Made by a program: the position numbers and the translations under genes. Below the pieces are notes generated by a model. It saw only the letters and a program-made list of their open reading frames with translations. It was not told the DNA's origin and did no database searches. Shown here piece by piece: positions 45,815-56,355 of a stretch of DNA of 64,000 nt; position 1 is the first letter of the stretch, and every line of letters starts with the position of its first letter. Origin of the DNA: an archaeon (lineage in GTDB: Archaea > Nanobdellota > Nanobdellia > Woesearchaeales > GW2011-AR15); assembly GCA_043826135.1 (NCBI GenBank), contig JBDRQT010000053.1, forward strand, positions 4,266 through 68,265, written 5' to 3'.

Positions 45815-45886
45815 ACTACAAAATTGTTTTGGATTTTCTCACAAACACAAATTATATAAACCAGTATACTTATTTATATACTGAAT

Positions 45887-46402
45887 ATGAACACAGATCT
45901 GGCAGATTATAGTTTGTACAATTTTCACAGAACCATAAAATTTAGAGGTATCTTTGATTTTGATGGTTTTTACAAATTTATGGTCAAATGGATTAAAGAT
46001 CATGATTTTGACTTCTACGAAACAAAGGTATGGGATTATCCGCCGTATAGGATTCATAAGCTAATGGGAAGGAAAAAAGTGAGTTTTTATTGCATGTTCT
46101 TGCTTCTGCCAGAAATCTGGGTTTGGGAAGCAAAACCAGTGGAGATCATAAAAAATGGAAGTACCCTGCATCTTACAGAAGGCCGCATGAAAGTTGTTAT
46201 AAATGGGGGATATATACTGGATTATGACGGAGATTTCGAAAAGGGTCCTGGTATGAAAAAAGTTGAGAAGTTTTTAATCGACAAATTAATGTATCATGAG
46301 AATCTTCTAAAATATTTTGATTACTTTGATTATTACCTCCATGATTATGTAACTGATGTCAAAAAATATCTGGAAATGGAAACAGCAAGTAACGCCTACT
46401 AG
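45887..46402 (+). CDS. hypothetical protein, paralog 2 of tandem triplet
   Basis: FRGIFDFDGFY, GRMKVVI, DVKKYL; 171 aa. Confidence 0.8.
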   Translation: MNTDLADYSLYNFHRTIKFRGIFDFDGFYKFMVKWIKDHDFDFYETKVWDYPPYRIHKLMGRKKVSFYCMFLLLPEIWVWEAKPVEIIKNGSTLHLTEGRMKVVINGGYILDYDGDFEKGPGMKKVEKFLIDKLMYHENLLKYFDYFDYYLHDYVTDVKKYLEMETASNAY

Positions 46403-46434
46403 CTTGCAATATTATTATAGGTAACCCAATAAAA

Positions 46435-46944
46435 ATGATGCGCGATGAGATTCAACATGTTGCGCTTGGAATGAGCGTAAACTATTCCGGACTTTTCAGA
46501 TATGTTGACCTTATGGCCATGATTGACACATTCTTCAAAAAGAAAGGTTACAGGAAACACATCATTAGCCATAATGAGGCTGTGAAAGATAAATTCAGAA
46601 ATGTTTCAATGCGTCTAAGACCATTTAAGCAGATCAAAGGCAACAAACTGGAGATACAAATGTGGCTAAATATTACTGAGATGGAGGATATTTCAAAAAA
46701 GATGGATAACTTAAATGTGAATATGAACAAGGGCAAGGTGAGTATAGTAATTGACTGCTTTGTCCTTACGGATGTTCGAGGAAAATGGGAAGCTCGCGCA
46801 GAATACACATTTATCAGGACCATATTTGATAAACTTCTGTTCCGTTCTAAATCTAAAGACCTTGAAGGTATGGTAAAAAGTGACAGTGTTGAACTCAAAG
46901 ATGAGCTTCAGAGCTTTTTAAATCTTAACAAGTTCCTTTTCTGA
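46435..46944 (+). CDS. hypothetical protein, paralog 3 of tandem triplet
   Basis: YSGLF..VDL, GKVSIVID, FLNLNKF. Confidence 0.8.
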   Translation: MMRDEIQHVALGMSVNYSGLFRYVDLMAMIDTFFKKKGYRKHIISHNEAVKDKFRNVSMRLRPFKQIKGNKLEIQMWLNITEMEDISKKMDNLNVNMNKGKVSIVIDCFVLTDVRGKWEARAEYTFIRTIFDKLLFRSKSKDLEGMVKSDSVELKDELQSFLNLNKFLF

Positions 46945-46988
46945 TAAGTATTTAAACTGAAATATATTTAATAATTAAAGGTGATAAA

Positions 46989-47975
46989 ATGGCAGATTCC
47001 GGAAATATGATGCAAGTTCTGAAAAAATTCCCTGAAATGATAAATGAAGCAACTGAACTGGTTGATGATACTACAATAAACAAAGAATTCATTGAAAATA
47101 TTATTATTACGGGGATGGGCGGCTCAGGCTATACAGGTGATTTGCTGAAGGTATACCTACAGGATTTGCCAATCCAGCTGCATGTTGTGAAGGATTATGT
47201 TCTGCCTCCATATGCGACTCGAAAAAGCCTTGTATTTGTCATTTCCTACTCAGGAAATACCGAAGAGACAATATCCGCTTACCGGACAGCAGTAAGAAGG
47301 GGATGCAAGGTTGTCTCTGTGTCATCCGGCGGCAAGCTTTTTGATCTTGCCAAGCTCAATAAAAATTATCATATTGAAGTTCCAAAGAATATCCAACCCA
47401 GACTTTCGACGCCTTACCTTTTCATATCAATTCTCAAAGTCTTGCAACAGGCAGGAATTGTTGATGAACAAGATAGAATTATCAAGGATTGTGTAAATTA
47501 TCTTGAAACCAATCAAAACACTATTGAACAAAAATCAAAGGAACTTGCAAAGAAACTGAAAGGGTATGTCCCAATCATCTATTCTTCTCAAAAAATGTTC
47601 TGCATCGCTGAAAAATGGAAAACTGATATAAACGAAAATGCAAAAGTTCATGCATTCTACAATACTTTCTCTGAATTCAACCATAATGAAATATGCGCCT
47701 ACGAGCATTCCCAGGCTCTGTTTCATGTCATAATCATCAGCGACATACAGGACCATGAAAGGATCAAGAAGAGGATTCAAGTCTTTAAAAAAGTAGTCAA
47801 AAAATACAAGGTTGATGTTACTGAAATTGCGCTAGGCCAGGACAGCATGCTCACTAGGCTATTCTCAGCAATACTTATGGGGTTATATCTGGGGTATTTC
47901 CTTGCATTAGAGTACAAGATAGATCCGACACCAGTGGAGATTATTGAAAATCTGAAAAAAGAACTTGGTAAATGA
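46989..47975 (+). CDS. bifunctional phosphoglucose/phosphomannose isomerase
   Basis: GMGGSG, SYSGNTEET, SSGGKL, QPR, NENAK, EFNHNEI. Confidence 0.93.
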   Translation: MADSGNMMQVLKKFPEMINEATELVDDTTINKEFIENIIITGMGGSGYTGDLLKVYLQDLPIQLHVVKDYVLPPYATRKSLVFVISYSGNTEETISAYRTAVRRGCKVVSVSSGGKLFDLAKLNKNYHIEVPKNIQPRLSTPYLFISILKVLQQAGIVDEQDRIIKDCVNYLETNQNTIEQKSKELAKKLKGYVPIIYSSQKMFCIAEKWKTDINENAKVHAFYNTFSEFNHNEICAYEHSQALFHVIIISDIQDHERIKKRIQVFKKVVKKYKVDVTEIALGQDSMLTRLFSAILMGLYLGYFLALEYKIDPTPVEIIENLKKELGK

Positions 47976-48041
47976 TATTTATAAGGTAAAGTTCATCGTA
48001 TCTCAATAAAGGTTATATATGCCCAGTGCATCCTTTTCAAT

Positions 48042-49115
48042 ATGACTGTAGAAGTTTCTGTAATACTGCCATGCAGGGATGAAGAACTTACGCTGGAGAA
48101 ATGCATTAGGCAGATTAAGGCGGTATTTAAGAACGAGAATATTTCAGGGGAGATAATTGTTTCTGACTCTTCAGGGGATAGGAGTCCTCAGATTGCACGA
48201 GAGAATAATGTAATTCTTGTCAAACATGATGAAAAAGGCTATGGCAATGCAATACTTAAAGGGATTGAAAAATCCAGCGGTAAATTAATAGTAATAGGTG
48301 ACGCAGATGCCACTTATGATTTTTCTGAGATGCCCTTGCTTCTCCGAAAACTGAAAAATTGTGATTTGGTTGTTGGGACCAGAATGCGTGGCAGAATAGA
48401 CAAAGGGGCAATGCCACTACATCACAGATGGTTTGGAAATCCTATCCTCTCATTTATTTTGAACACATTTTTTCATACAAATCTGTCTGACACTCACTCT
48501 GGATTTAGAGCGATCAGAAAAAATAAACTAAAAAAATTGGACCTGAAATCATCCGGAATGGAATTTGCCTCAGAAATGATAATAAAAGCTGCCAAATCAA
48601 ACCTCAAAATATCCGAAGTTCCCATATCTTATCATGTTAGACATGGTTCATCCAAATTAAGGAGTATAAGTGATGGTTGGAGGCATTTAAGATTTATGCT
48701 TATGCTTACACCCACGTACCTATTTTTTGTTCCTGGATTATTATTAATGTTAACAGGATTAACACTGATGGGACTAACCCAATTGCATTTTTTTCCGAGA
48801 TTTGAACTGGTCGGTATGTCCCTAAGCATAATTGGTTTTCAGGTGGTTACTTTAGGGCTGTTTTCAAAGATTTATTCAATCCATACAGGATTTGAAAAGG
48901 ATGACTGGTTCATTGATTTTCTTGCAAAGAAGATTACACTGGAAAGAGGTATTCTAATTGCAGGATTGATGATACTTACCGGAATCATCGGATTTTTGCC
49001 ACCATTTCGAAGCATTGTTTCAGAAATCGCACTTATCACCTTGATAATTCTGGGAATACAATTTTTTTTCTCTGCATTTTTTACGAGCATCATGCTCGTG
49101 GAAAAGATAAAATGA
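48042..49115 (+). CDS. GT2 glycosyltransferase (polyprenol-phosphate type) with C-terminal TM helices
   Basis: SVILPCRDEE, GYGNA, GDADATY, SDTHSGFRA, GMEFASEM. Confidence 0.9.
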   Translation: MTVEVSVILPCRDEELTLEKCIRQIKAVFKNENISGEIIVSDSSGDRSPQIARENNVILVKHDEKGYGNAILKGIEKSSGKLIVIGDADATYDFSEMPLLLRKLKNCDLVVGTRMRGRIDKGAMPLHHRWFGNPILSFILNTFFHTNLSDTHSGFRAIRKNKLKKLDLKSSGMEFASEMIIKAAKSNLKISEVPISYHVRHGSSKLRSISDGWRHLRFMLMLTPTYLFFVPGLLLMLTGLTLMGLTQLHFFPRFELVGMSLSIIGFQVVTLGLFSKIYSIHTGFEKDDWFIDFLAKKITLERGILIAGLMILTGIIGFLPPFRSIVSEIALITLIILGIQFFFSAFFTSIMLVEKIK

Positions 49116-50872
49116 AAAAACTGTTTTTTGCACTGATATTCATCATGATTTATTTGGTGGCAAAACCGCTACTTTTATTTATAGTTCCTGGTATTTTTGT
49201 CTGGAAATTATTTCCAAAAAAAGAAAATTCAGAGAAAGCCATATATGTTGCATTCATTTCCATAAGCTTTTGGATAGTTTCATTTTGGATACTTAAAATC
49301 CTGCCTATCAGCATGCTTGACTTTTTTAATATTGTAATTGCACTATGTTTTTGTTCACTCTTGATTTGGTATCCAATGATATCATTTAAAAAAAGAGATC
49401 TCATTATAATTGGAATATTTTTCATAATAATCATTGCCAGATGTTTGCCTTTTATCATGGGTCATTTTCCCAGCGGAGCTGATACAAGTTTTCATGTGCT
49501 TACTACAAAAACCATTGTTACCACGAATGGTTTTCCGGAAAAATATAGCATCATACCACTTCCATTTGGTGGTTATCCGATAGGTTTCCACATTTTCTCT
49601 GCTTATATATCTCTGGTCTCAGGAATCCCGGAGTACAAATCAGTGCTGCTTCTCTCAAATTTATCATACGCTCTTCTGTCGCTTGCTGTATTCGTGTTTC
49701 TAAGAAGATATTTTTCTGATACCATTTCACTTGCTGGCGCTGCGCTGGTTCCGCTGATCGCAAATAACCCACAATTCTTCATATCATGGGGAGGTAACCC
49801 TTTTGTATTCTCTCTTTCAATACTTTTTGTGGGAATTTCGCTTCTTGAGGATAAAAAATTAATTTCGCTCGCAGATAGCCTTGTAATCGGACTAGTATTT
49901 TGCGCATCATTTATCGCGCATCTTACTCCGGCCTATGTTTATCTGTATATTTACTTAATCTGGTACATCTATAGTAAGAAATATTTGATTAGATCTTCGC
50001 TAAAATCACACCTAGTTCTGGCACTAATCTGCATCTTGCTTCTGATGCCGTTTATACTTTCTTATGAAACAAGAATATCACCTGATGAAATTACATTTAG
50101 TGAAGAACGGCAGGACACAAAATTCCTGTCTTGGAAAGGAACCTGGCAAGATTCGGTGTTGACAATCCCAAATTTCATAAATTATCTTTTCGGACCAATA
50201 TTAATTACATTCTGTCTTTTGGGCCTATTATTTATGTTCACAGGGAAAAAACTATTGTCAAAAATAGTTGTGTATTTCAGCGTTATATTCATCCTGATTC
50301 TCAGTTCCAGGTATAAGTTCATACCTATATCGGATGTACTGTTCTCAGAAAGGACTGCGATGATTCTGCTTTTGCCCTTATCAATATTGTTTTGTGAGTT
50401 TCTTGCAAATATTACAAACAGAAAATTAACACGTAATTTATTTCCGGATAGCAAACTTGCTATGCCTGTTCTTCTTTCAATTGTTATCGCCTATCTGTTT
50501 TTCGTATCAGCAACAAATTATCAGCACTATCTTAGGATATCTGACACCTACAGTATGGTTACACCCGATGATCTTGACGCGTTCTCATGGATCTTGAATA
50601 ATACTGATAGCACTGATTATTTTATAACAAATTATGGCGATGCTGGTCTTTGGCTGCCAGTTCTGACAGATAGGCCTGCACTTCAGATGCAGCTGCCTCC
50701 TATGTATTTAGATGAATTCAATGAATTCCAAGAAAAACAGGTATCGAAATATATCTTCTTCGGCAGTAAAAAAGTATATGAATGCGACCTTAGAATTGAA
50801 GATTATAAATCAGATGAATATGAAATTGTTTACTCAAAAAAAGGTGTTACAATATTCAAAATAAAGCAATGA
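49112..50872 (+). CDS. polytopic membrane protein, probable GT-C-type glycosyltransferase
   Basis: Many TM helices; GADTSFH and YPIGFH loop motifs; DAFSWI, DAGLWLP; located in a GT cluster. Confidence 0.65.
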   Translation: MKKLFFALIFIMIYLVAKPLLLFIVPGIFVWKLFPKKENSEKAIYVAFISISFWIVSFWILKILPISMLDFFNIVIALCFCSLLIWYPMISFKKRDLIIIGIFFIIIIARCLPFIMGHFPSGADTSFHVLTTKTIVTTNGFPEKYSIIPLPFGGYPIGFHIFSAYISLVSGIPEYKSVLLLSNLSYALLSLAVFVFLRRYFSDTISLAGAALVPLIANNPQFFISWGGNPFVFSLSILFVGISLLEDKKLISLADSLVIGLVFCASFIAHLTPAYVYLYIYLIWYIYSKKYLIRSSLKSHLVLALICILLLMPFILSYETRISPDEITFSEERQDTKFLSWKGTWQDSVLTIPNFINYLFGPILITFCLLGLLFMFTGKKLLSKIVVYFSVIFILILSSRYKFIPISDVLFSERTAMILLLPLSILFCEFLANITNRKLTRNLFPDSKLAMPVLLSIVIAYLFFVSATNYQHYLRISDTYSMVTPDDLDAFSWILNNTDSTDYFITNYGDAGLWLPVLTDRPALQMQLPPMYLDEFNEFQEKQVSKYIFFGSKKVYECDLRIEDYKSDEYEIVYSKKGVTIFKIKQ

Positions 50873-51546
50873 TTGCTGTGATAATTCCTTGTCTTAATGA
50901 AGAAGGCTCAATAGGTAATGTAATTATATCTGCAAGATATGCGTTGAAAAAGTCAAATCTTAAGAGTAAAATAATTGTTGTGGATGATTTCTCAGATGAT
51001 GCGTCCCTGACCAAAATTACAGAGGCTGATATAATTATTCCTCTCAAGGAAAGGATGCCTGTAGCTGAGGTAATTAAAGTTGGAATAAATGAAGCAATGA
51101 AGCTGAAGCCAGATATAATCATTCATATGGACGCTGACGGACAGCATAATCCAGAAGATATTCCGAAATTAATCAATCCTATTAGTGAAGGAAAAGCAGA
51201 TATGGTCATAGGAAGCAGGTTTCTTTGCAAAAATAAGATATCGCATCGAGCTGAAAATCTGATATTGACAAGACTAGTGAACATGATCGCAAAAACGCAC
51301 CTTACTGACACCCAAAGTGGTTTTCGGGCTATAAGATATAATATTCTTCAAAAGATCCCATTAATATCTAAGTTTACGTATACTCAGGAAGAAGTTATCA
51401 AAGCAGCAAGATTAGGATGCCGGATAAAAGAAATTCCAATTAAAGTGCTTAGCAGGAAGCATGGCAGGAGCAGAATATCCGGCAATACCTTGAATTATGC
51501 AGCAAAAGCCGGCTTTGACTTGATAAGGATAATGCTAAATAATTAA
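50869..51546 (+). CDS. GT2 glycosyltransferase
   Basis: IIPCLNEE, VVDDFSDD, MDADGQH, TDTQSGFRA. Confidence 0.9.
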   Translation: MIAVIIPCLNEEGSIGNVIISARYALKKSNLKSKIIVVDDFSDDASLTKITEADIIIPLKERMPVAEVIKVGINEAMKLKPDIIIHMDADGQHNPEDIPKLINPISEGKADMVIGSRFLCKNKISHRAENLILTRLVNMIAKTHLTDTQSGFRAIRYNILQKIPLISKFTYTQEEVIKAARLGCRIKEIPIKVLSRKHGRSRISGNTLNYAAKAGFDLIRIMLNN

Positions 51547-51571
51547 AAGCAGCTCAATTTACTAAAGTATC

Positions 51572-52708
51572 ATGAAGATTGCCATTGTATACGATCTTAT
51601 TTACCCTTTTTCCATCGGAGGCGCTGAATGGCGTAATTTTTCACTGGCAAAAGAACTTGTGCTAAGGGGACATGAAGTCCATTTGTATGGCACTAGAATG
51701 TGGAAGGGAAATAACACAATAAAAATAGCTGATAGATTTTTTGCTCATGGTATATACTCTTATTCAGGCAAATATGGATTTGGAGGGAAACGGAAAGCGC
51801 TCGAGCCTCTTATCTATTCATTGCATCTGTTTTTTGAACTGTTGAAAAGGGACTACGATATCATTGATGTTTCTTCATTCCCATATTTTCCTGCTTTAGC
51901 ATGCAAGGCCGCATCATTTTTTAGTCGAACACCTGTAATAGTGACATGGCACGAAGTTTGGGATACTTATTGGAGAACTTACAACCGAGGAATGATTGGG
52001 ATAATCGGTCAAATGGTTGAAAAATTTCTTGCGGCCCTATCCAATAAAAATATTGCAGTATCTAAATCAACAAGGCAACGACTTCTTCAATTTCGATGCA
52101 AATCCGTTCTAATAGAGAACTGGGTTGATTACAAAGAGATTGAAAAATTCCGTAACGATAAAAAGATTTATGATATGGTTTCGGTAGGACGGCATTTGAA
52201 ACACAAAAATATTGGAATGATGCTGAGAATTTGCTCTGCTCTCAGTGTGCATAGTCCGAAGTTCAGAGCACTTATCATAGGAGAAGGTCCTGAAACACTT
52301 AATCTGCTGCAGATGAAGCATTCTCTAAAACTTGACAATGTTGAGATAATCAGCTTTACAAAAAACAAAAAGAAGCTATACGAATATATATCAAGCGCAA
52401 AAATTTTTGTACTTGCTTCTGAACTCGAAGGATTCAGCATCGTATCATTTGAAGCAATGGCTCTTGGCCTGCCTGTTATCACAATTGATGCAGCTAGAAA
52501 TGGCCTGACAGACTATATAATTGATGGTTACAATGGTTTTGTCTGCCATAAGAACGAGAGCATAATTGCATCAAAGATTGAGCTTCTTCTCAAAGACAAA
52601 AAACTCTTGAGCAAAGTGAGCATAAATTCGCAAGATTTTGCAAAAGGATTTGATATAAAATCAAAAGTTGAGTTAATAGAACAAGAATACAAAAAACTTG
52701 CAAAATGA
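51572..52708 (+). CDS. GT4 glycosyltransferase
   Basis: GGAE, TWHEVW, VGR..KHKN, EGFSIVSFEAMALGLPVI. Confidence 0.92.
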   Translation: MKIAIVYDLIYPFSIGGAEWRNFSLAKELVLRGHEVHLYGTRMWKGNNTIKIADRFFAHGIYSYSGKYGFGGKRKALEPLIYSLHLFFELLKRDYDIIDVSSFPYFPALACKAASFFSRTPVIVTWHEVWDTYWRTYNRGMIGIIGQMVEKFLAALSNKNIAVSKSTRQRLLQFRCKSVLIENWVDYKEIEKFRNDKKIYDMVSVGRHLKHKNIGMMLRICSALSVHSPKFRALIIGEGPETLNLLQMKHSLKLDNVEIISFTKNKKKLYEYISSAKIFVLASELEGFSIVSFEAMALGLPVITIDAARNGLTDYIIDGYNGFVCHKNESIIASKIELLLKDKKLLSKVSINSQDFAKGFDIKSKVELIEQEYKKLAK

Positions 52709-53625
52709 TATCATTCATAATACCTTATTACAATAGTTACGTAACACTAATAAAGACCTTGGATTCAATTTATTCATGCAAAATAAAAAAATATTTTGAA
52801 GTCATAATTGTTGATGATGGATCAACCGATGGCAGTGTTTTAAAAATAAAAAAATTGTACCCTAGGACGATTATTGTCAGGCAGGCACATTCTGGCGGAG
52901 CAAAAGCCAGAAACACCGGAATTAAAAGAGCAAAATATGAAAAGCTATTTTTTATGGATAGCGATGTTTCAATTGATGAAGGTTCCTTTAAAAAAATTAT
53001 TGGTGCTTTGACAGCAAATCATGACATCGCCTTTCCTCAGATAATATATGAAGATGGAATGATAATGTATCCTGCCAAGCTAAGCGAAGAACGTTATCCT
53101 GGTATTAGCGCATGCTTTGCCATCAATAAATCTTCTCTGGCTAAACTTGATGGGCTGTTTGACGAATATTATAATACTTATCTAGAAGATTATGATTTTT
53201 TCGCAAGATGCAAACTCGCTGGTCTTACTGCTGAATATGTAAAATATGCTGTTGCAGTTCATTTGCTAAAATCCGAAAGAGATTTCACCTCCAGATTTTA
53301 TCTTGAATTCAAAAACCTTGTGTACGGTTATATCAAATTCTCTAAATATCCGGAAAAGTTATATAATCCTTTTACACCATTCAATATATTTAAGGCATCA
53401 ATCTGTTCTCTGTTCAATTTCGCATGGTTTAACTGGCAAGGATATCCAAGAACCTCATCTATTGGCAAATTAAGAGTCATTATTCTTAGAAAAAACAAGA
53501 TATCAAATAATTGGTTTGCTCTCCAGTCAACTTTTTTCAAAGCTGCAGCAACCTTAATTTCTGACAGGAAAAAAATAATGAGAAAAAAACAAAAATTCAG
53601 TCGCTGGTGCCAAGGAATCTGTTGA
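52705..53625 (+). CDS. GT2 glycosyltransferase
   Basis: SFIIPYYN, VDDGSTDGS, ARNTG, FMDSD, EDYDF. Confidence 0.9.
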   Translation: MISFIIPYYNSYVTLIKTLDSIYSCKIKKYFEVIIVDDGSTDGSVLKIKKLYPRTIIVRQAHSGGAKARNTGIKRAKYEKLFFMDSDVSIDEGSFKKIIGALTANHDIAFPQIIYEDGMIMYPAKLSEERYPGISACFAINKSSLAKLDGLFDEYYNTYLEDYDFFARCKLAGLTAEYVKYAVAVHLLKSERDFTSRFYLEFKNLVYGYIKFSKYPEKLYNPFTPFNIFKASICSLFNFAWFNWQGYPRTSSIGKLRVIILRKNKISNNWFALQSTFFKAAATLISDRKKIMRKKQKFSRWCQGIC

Positions 53626-55492
53626 TATCTCCTTCCATAAATGTTTTGTTCCAAAGAATAAAATTAGTGAGGGTCCAGAGCTGCCTTGAATAATACAAAT
53701 TTGTGAGACTATTTAGTTTTAGTAATTTCGAAGAAATGAATCTTTTATGATTAAGGAGATCAGAGACATACTCCTTCTTAAAATATCTCCTGACTGTCTC
53801 CGCCTCTTCTGAAAAAAGCTGTTCTGCATATTCCTTATATCCCCTGTCCATCCAATTGTCTGTCGGCACCAGAAATCTCTGCTTTTTTCTCCTTATGATG
53901 TTTTGCGGCAGAATATCTTTTAATGATTCTCTTATGATTGATTTATCTTCCCATCCTTTGATCTTGTATTTCAAGGGGAGTGATGCGGCAAATTCAGCTA
54001 TCCGATGGTCACAATATGGCACGCGGCCTTCCACTGAGCTTGCCATGGTCATCTTATCATATTTTACAAGCATATTGTCAGGAAGGAATGTAATAATATC
54101 GTGATAGCTCATCTTACTCAGTGGTGAGTGGGCATGCATGAACACCTTGTGCATTCTTTTCTCGACGCGCGGCAAATCAATGGCACCCATAATAGAATCA
54201 TTCACAACTTTCTTTTTTTCGCTCGTGCCAAAAACTGATATAAGGGCATGATAAGATTTTTCCTGCGAATTGTCAGGTGAGATAAAATCCTTAAGTTTCA
54301 TAAAAAACGGCTCATTTGATTTTTTAGTGGCTTCATACACACATGTTCTGAAAATTTTCGGTAATTTAGAGTAATATTCATGCAATTTCATGAGCTTATA
54401 TTGTTCATACCCGCAAAATAATTCATCTGCTCCGTCTCCATTTATTAGTACTTTTACATATCTTGATGCTTTTTTTGAAAGAATATAGTTCGGGATAGAT
54501 GTAGGGTCTGCAATAGGTTCATCCAAATACCAGGTTATTTTTTGCAGATGCTTTATGCTGTCAGGTCCAATAGTAATTTCATGATGCCGGGTCCCAAATT
54601 CTTCAGAAATTTGTCTTGCTAAGTCAAACTCATTATTAAATCCTTCATCAAAACCTGCAGTAAATGTATCTATCTCCTGACTATTATCCATCATTCCAAC
54701 TACAGAACTTGAATCAAGCCCTCCTGAAAGAAGTACTCCGATAGGGACGTCACTGATTGAAACATCCTCTGTTGATTGTTTTAATAACTCTTTAAATCTC
54801 TTCACATAAAAATCTCTGTTGTAGTTGGTAATTTCAAAATTCAGTTCCCAATAACGCTTTACATCCAGAATATTGTTTGCAAACCTTAGATAATGACCAG
54901 GCAGTAGCTTTAAAATGTTTTTCAGCATTGTTTTTTGCCCAGTACAATATCTATAAGTGAGATAATCATTAAGAGCAGGGTAATTAACATGCTTAATGAG
55001 TTCATCATACGCAAGTATTGCTTTTATCTCTGAAGCAAATATAAACACATTGGAATCATGATAATAATACAAAGGTTTTATTCCAAGCCTGTCTCTTGCA
55101 ATGTAAATTTCTTTAGTGTTCTTATTATAAATGACGAAAGCAAACATTCCAGTAATATGTAATGCGCAGCTGTAGCCATACTCTTCGTAAAGATGCAATA
55201 CTACTTCTGTATCTGAATCTGTCTGGAATTTATGGCCTTTCTCCTGCAGCCTCTCTCTGAGTTCCTTATAATTATAGACCTCTCCATTAAAGAAAAGAAC
55301 AAGCGACCCATCCTCGCTTTCCATCGGCTGGTTTCCACCCTCAAGATCAATTATTGATAACCGAGTATAGCCAATCGTCATATTATCATCCTGAAAGACT
55401 GCGTCGTGGTCAGGTCCACGATGATGCAACAGCTTTTTCATGCTAATAGCTAAGTTTGCATCACTAAAATTAAACCCAAAAATCCCACACAT
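53597..55492 (-). CDS. asnB: asparagine synthase (glutamine-hydrolysing) family amidotransferase
   Basis: MCGIFG, HRGPD, RLSIIDL, NGEVYN, RDRLGIKPLY, LSGGLDSS, GDGADELF. Confidence 0.93.
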   Translation of the reverse strand: MCGIFGFNFSDANLAISMKKLLHHRGPDHDAVFQDDNMTIGYTRLSIIDLEGGNQPMESEDGSLVLFFNGEVYNYKELRERLQEKGHKFQTDSDTEVVLHLYEEYGYSCALHITGMFAFVIYNKNTKEIYIARDRLGIKPLYYYHDSNVFIFASEIKAILAYDELIKHVNYPALNDYLTYRYCTGQKTMLKNILKLLPGHYLRFANNILDVKRYWELNFEITNYNRDFYVKRFKELLKQSTEDVSISDVPIGVLLSGGLDSSSVVGMMDNSQEIDTFTAGFDEGFNNEFDLARQISEEFGTRHHEITIGPDSIKHLQKITWYLDEPIADPTSIPNYILSKKASRYVKVLINGDGADELFCGYEQYKLMKLHEYYSKLPKIFRTCVYEATKKSNEPFFMKLKDFISPDNSQEKSYHALISVFGTSEKKKVVNDSIMGAIDLPRVEKRMHKVFMHAHSPLSKMSYHDIITFLPDNMLVKYDKMTMASSVEGRVPYCDHRIAEFAASLPLKYKIKGWEDKSIIRESLKDILPQNIIRRKKQRFLVPTDNWMDRGYKEYAEQLFSEEAETVRRYFKKEYVSDLLNHKRFISSKLLKLNSLTNLYYSRQLWTLTNFILWNKTFMEGDINRFLGTSD

Positions 55493-55546
55493 GATTATTC
55501 AAATTGAAAAATTAATTATAAAGTTATGTGTTAAAGAAAGAAAAAA

Positions 55547-56347
55547 TTATATTTTTCTTTTTGTCATTTGTTTCTTTTTGGAAGGCGCAGCTTTCGGCTT
55601 TTTGGCAGATTTGGATTTTTTGCCAGGCTTCTTCAGGTCTTTTTCAAGCTTGCTGAGCTCTTTTTCTATGCTCCTGAAATCATCTTTTGATTTCTTGACT
55701 CTTGCCTTCTTTGTTGATTTCTTTGGCTTCTTCTTTGACTTTCTTCTTTGTGTAGTCTCTTTCATAGTCACTATTCGAACAGGCTTGATTATGTGAGTCG
55801 TCTCTACTACCTGGATTGACTTATTCTTGGTTGAGCCACCAGCGCCCTGCGGTCCCTCCGGAGATGCCACCGGCTCTTTCTGGTCAATATCGCCTTTCTT
55901 AATGTGTCCGGTGTATTTCAGAGTGTCCTCTATTATCATCGCTATCATCTTGTTGTCTTTCCAGCCCCTGGACAAAAGGTTCTGCTTTATCTGAGATGGC
56001 GCCATGTTCTTTGACAGCGCCCATAATGTGTAGTTCTGTATCTTGTATAGATCAGGCGCTAGCCTCTTCAAATATATCGTGTCTGTATCCTCCTCAAGGT
56101 CCGCTATCCCCTTCTGGAACTCAAGCAGGTTCCCTGCTTCCTTCTCCTCAAAACGCTTGATCTCATCAATGTCACTCATCTGATCATGCTCCATGCGTTC
56201 CAGCTCTTCCAGGTCTTTCTGCTCTTCTACTGTCAGCTTCTGAAGCTTCTGAAGCTGCATCAGTATCATCACAAGAAAAAATAAGAAAACTAATACCAGA
56301 ACTAAAAATAGCTCCGGCAGTGGCAGATTTATTCCGAAAATTAACAT
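55547..56347 (-). CDS. membrane-anchored hypothetical protein with Lys-rich tail
   Basis: N-terminal TM helix, acidic coiled coil, strongly basic C-terminus. Confidence 0.75.
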   Translation of the reverse strand: MLIFGINLPLPELFLVLVLVFLFFLVMILMQLQKLQKLTVEEQKDLEELERMEHDQMSDIDEIKRFEEKEAGNLLEFQKGIADLEEDTDTIYLKRLAPDLYKIQNYTLWALSKNMAPSQIKQNLLSRGWKDNKMIAMIIEDTLKYTGHIKKGDIDQKEPVASPEGPQGAGGSTKNKSIQVVETTHIIKPVRIVTMKETTQRRKSKKKPKKSTKKARVKKSKDDFRSIEKELSKLEKDLKKPGKKSKSAKKPKAAPSKKKQMTKRKI

Positions 56348-56355
56348 CTAATCAC

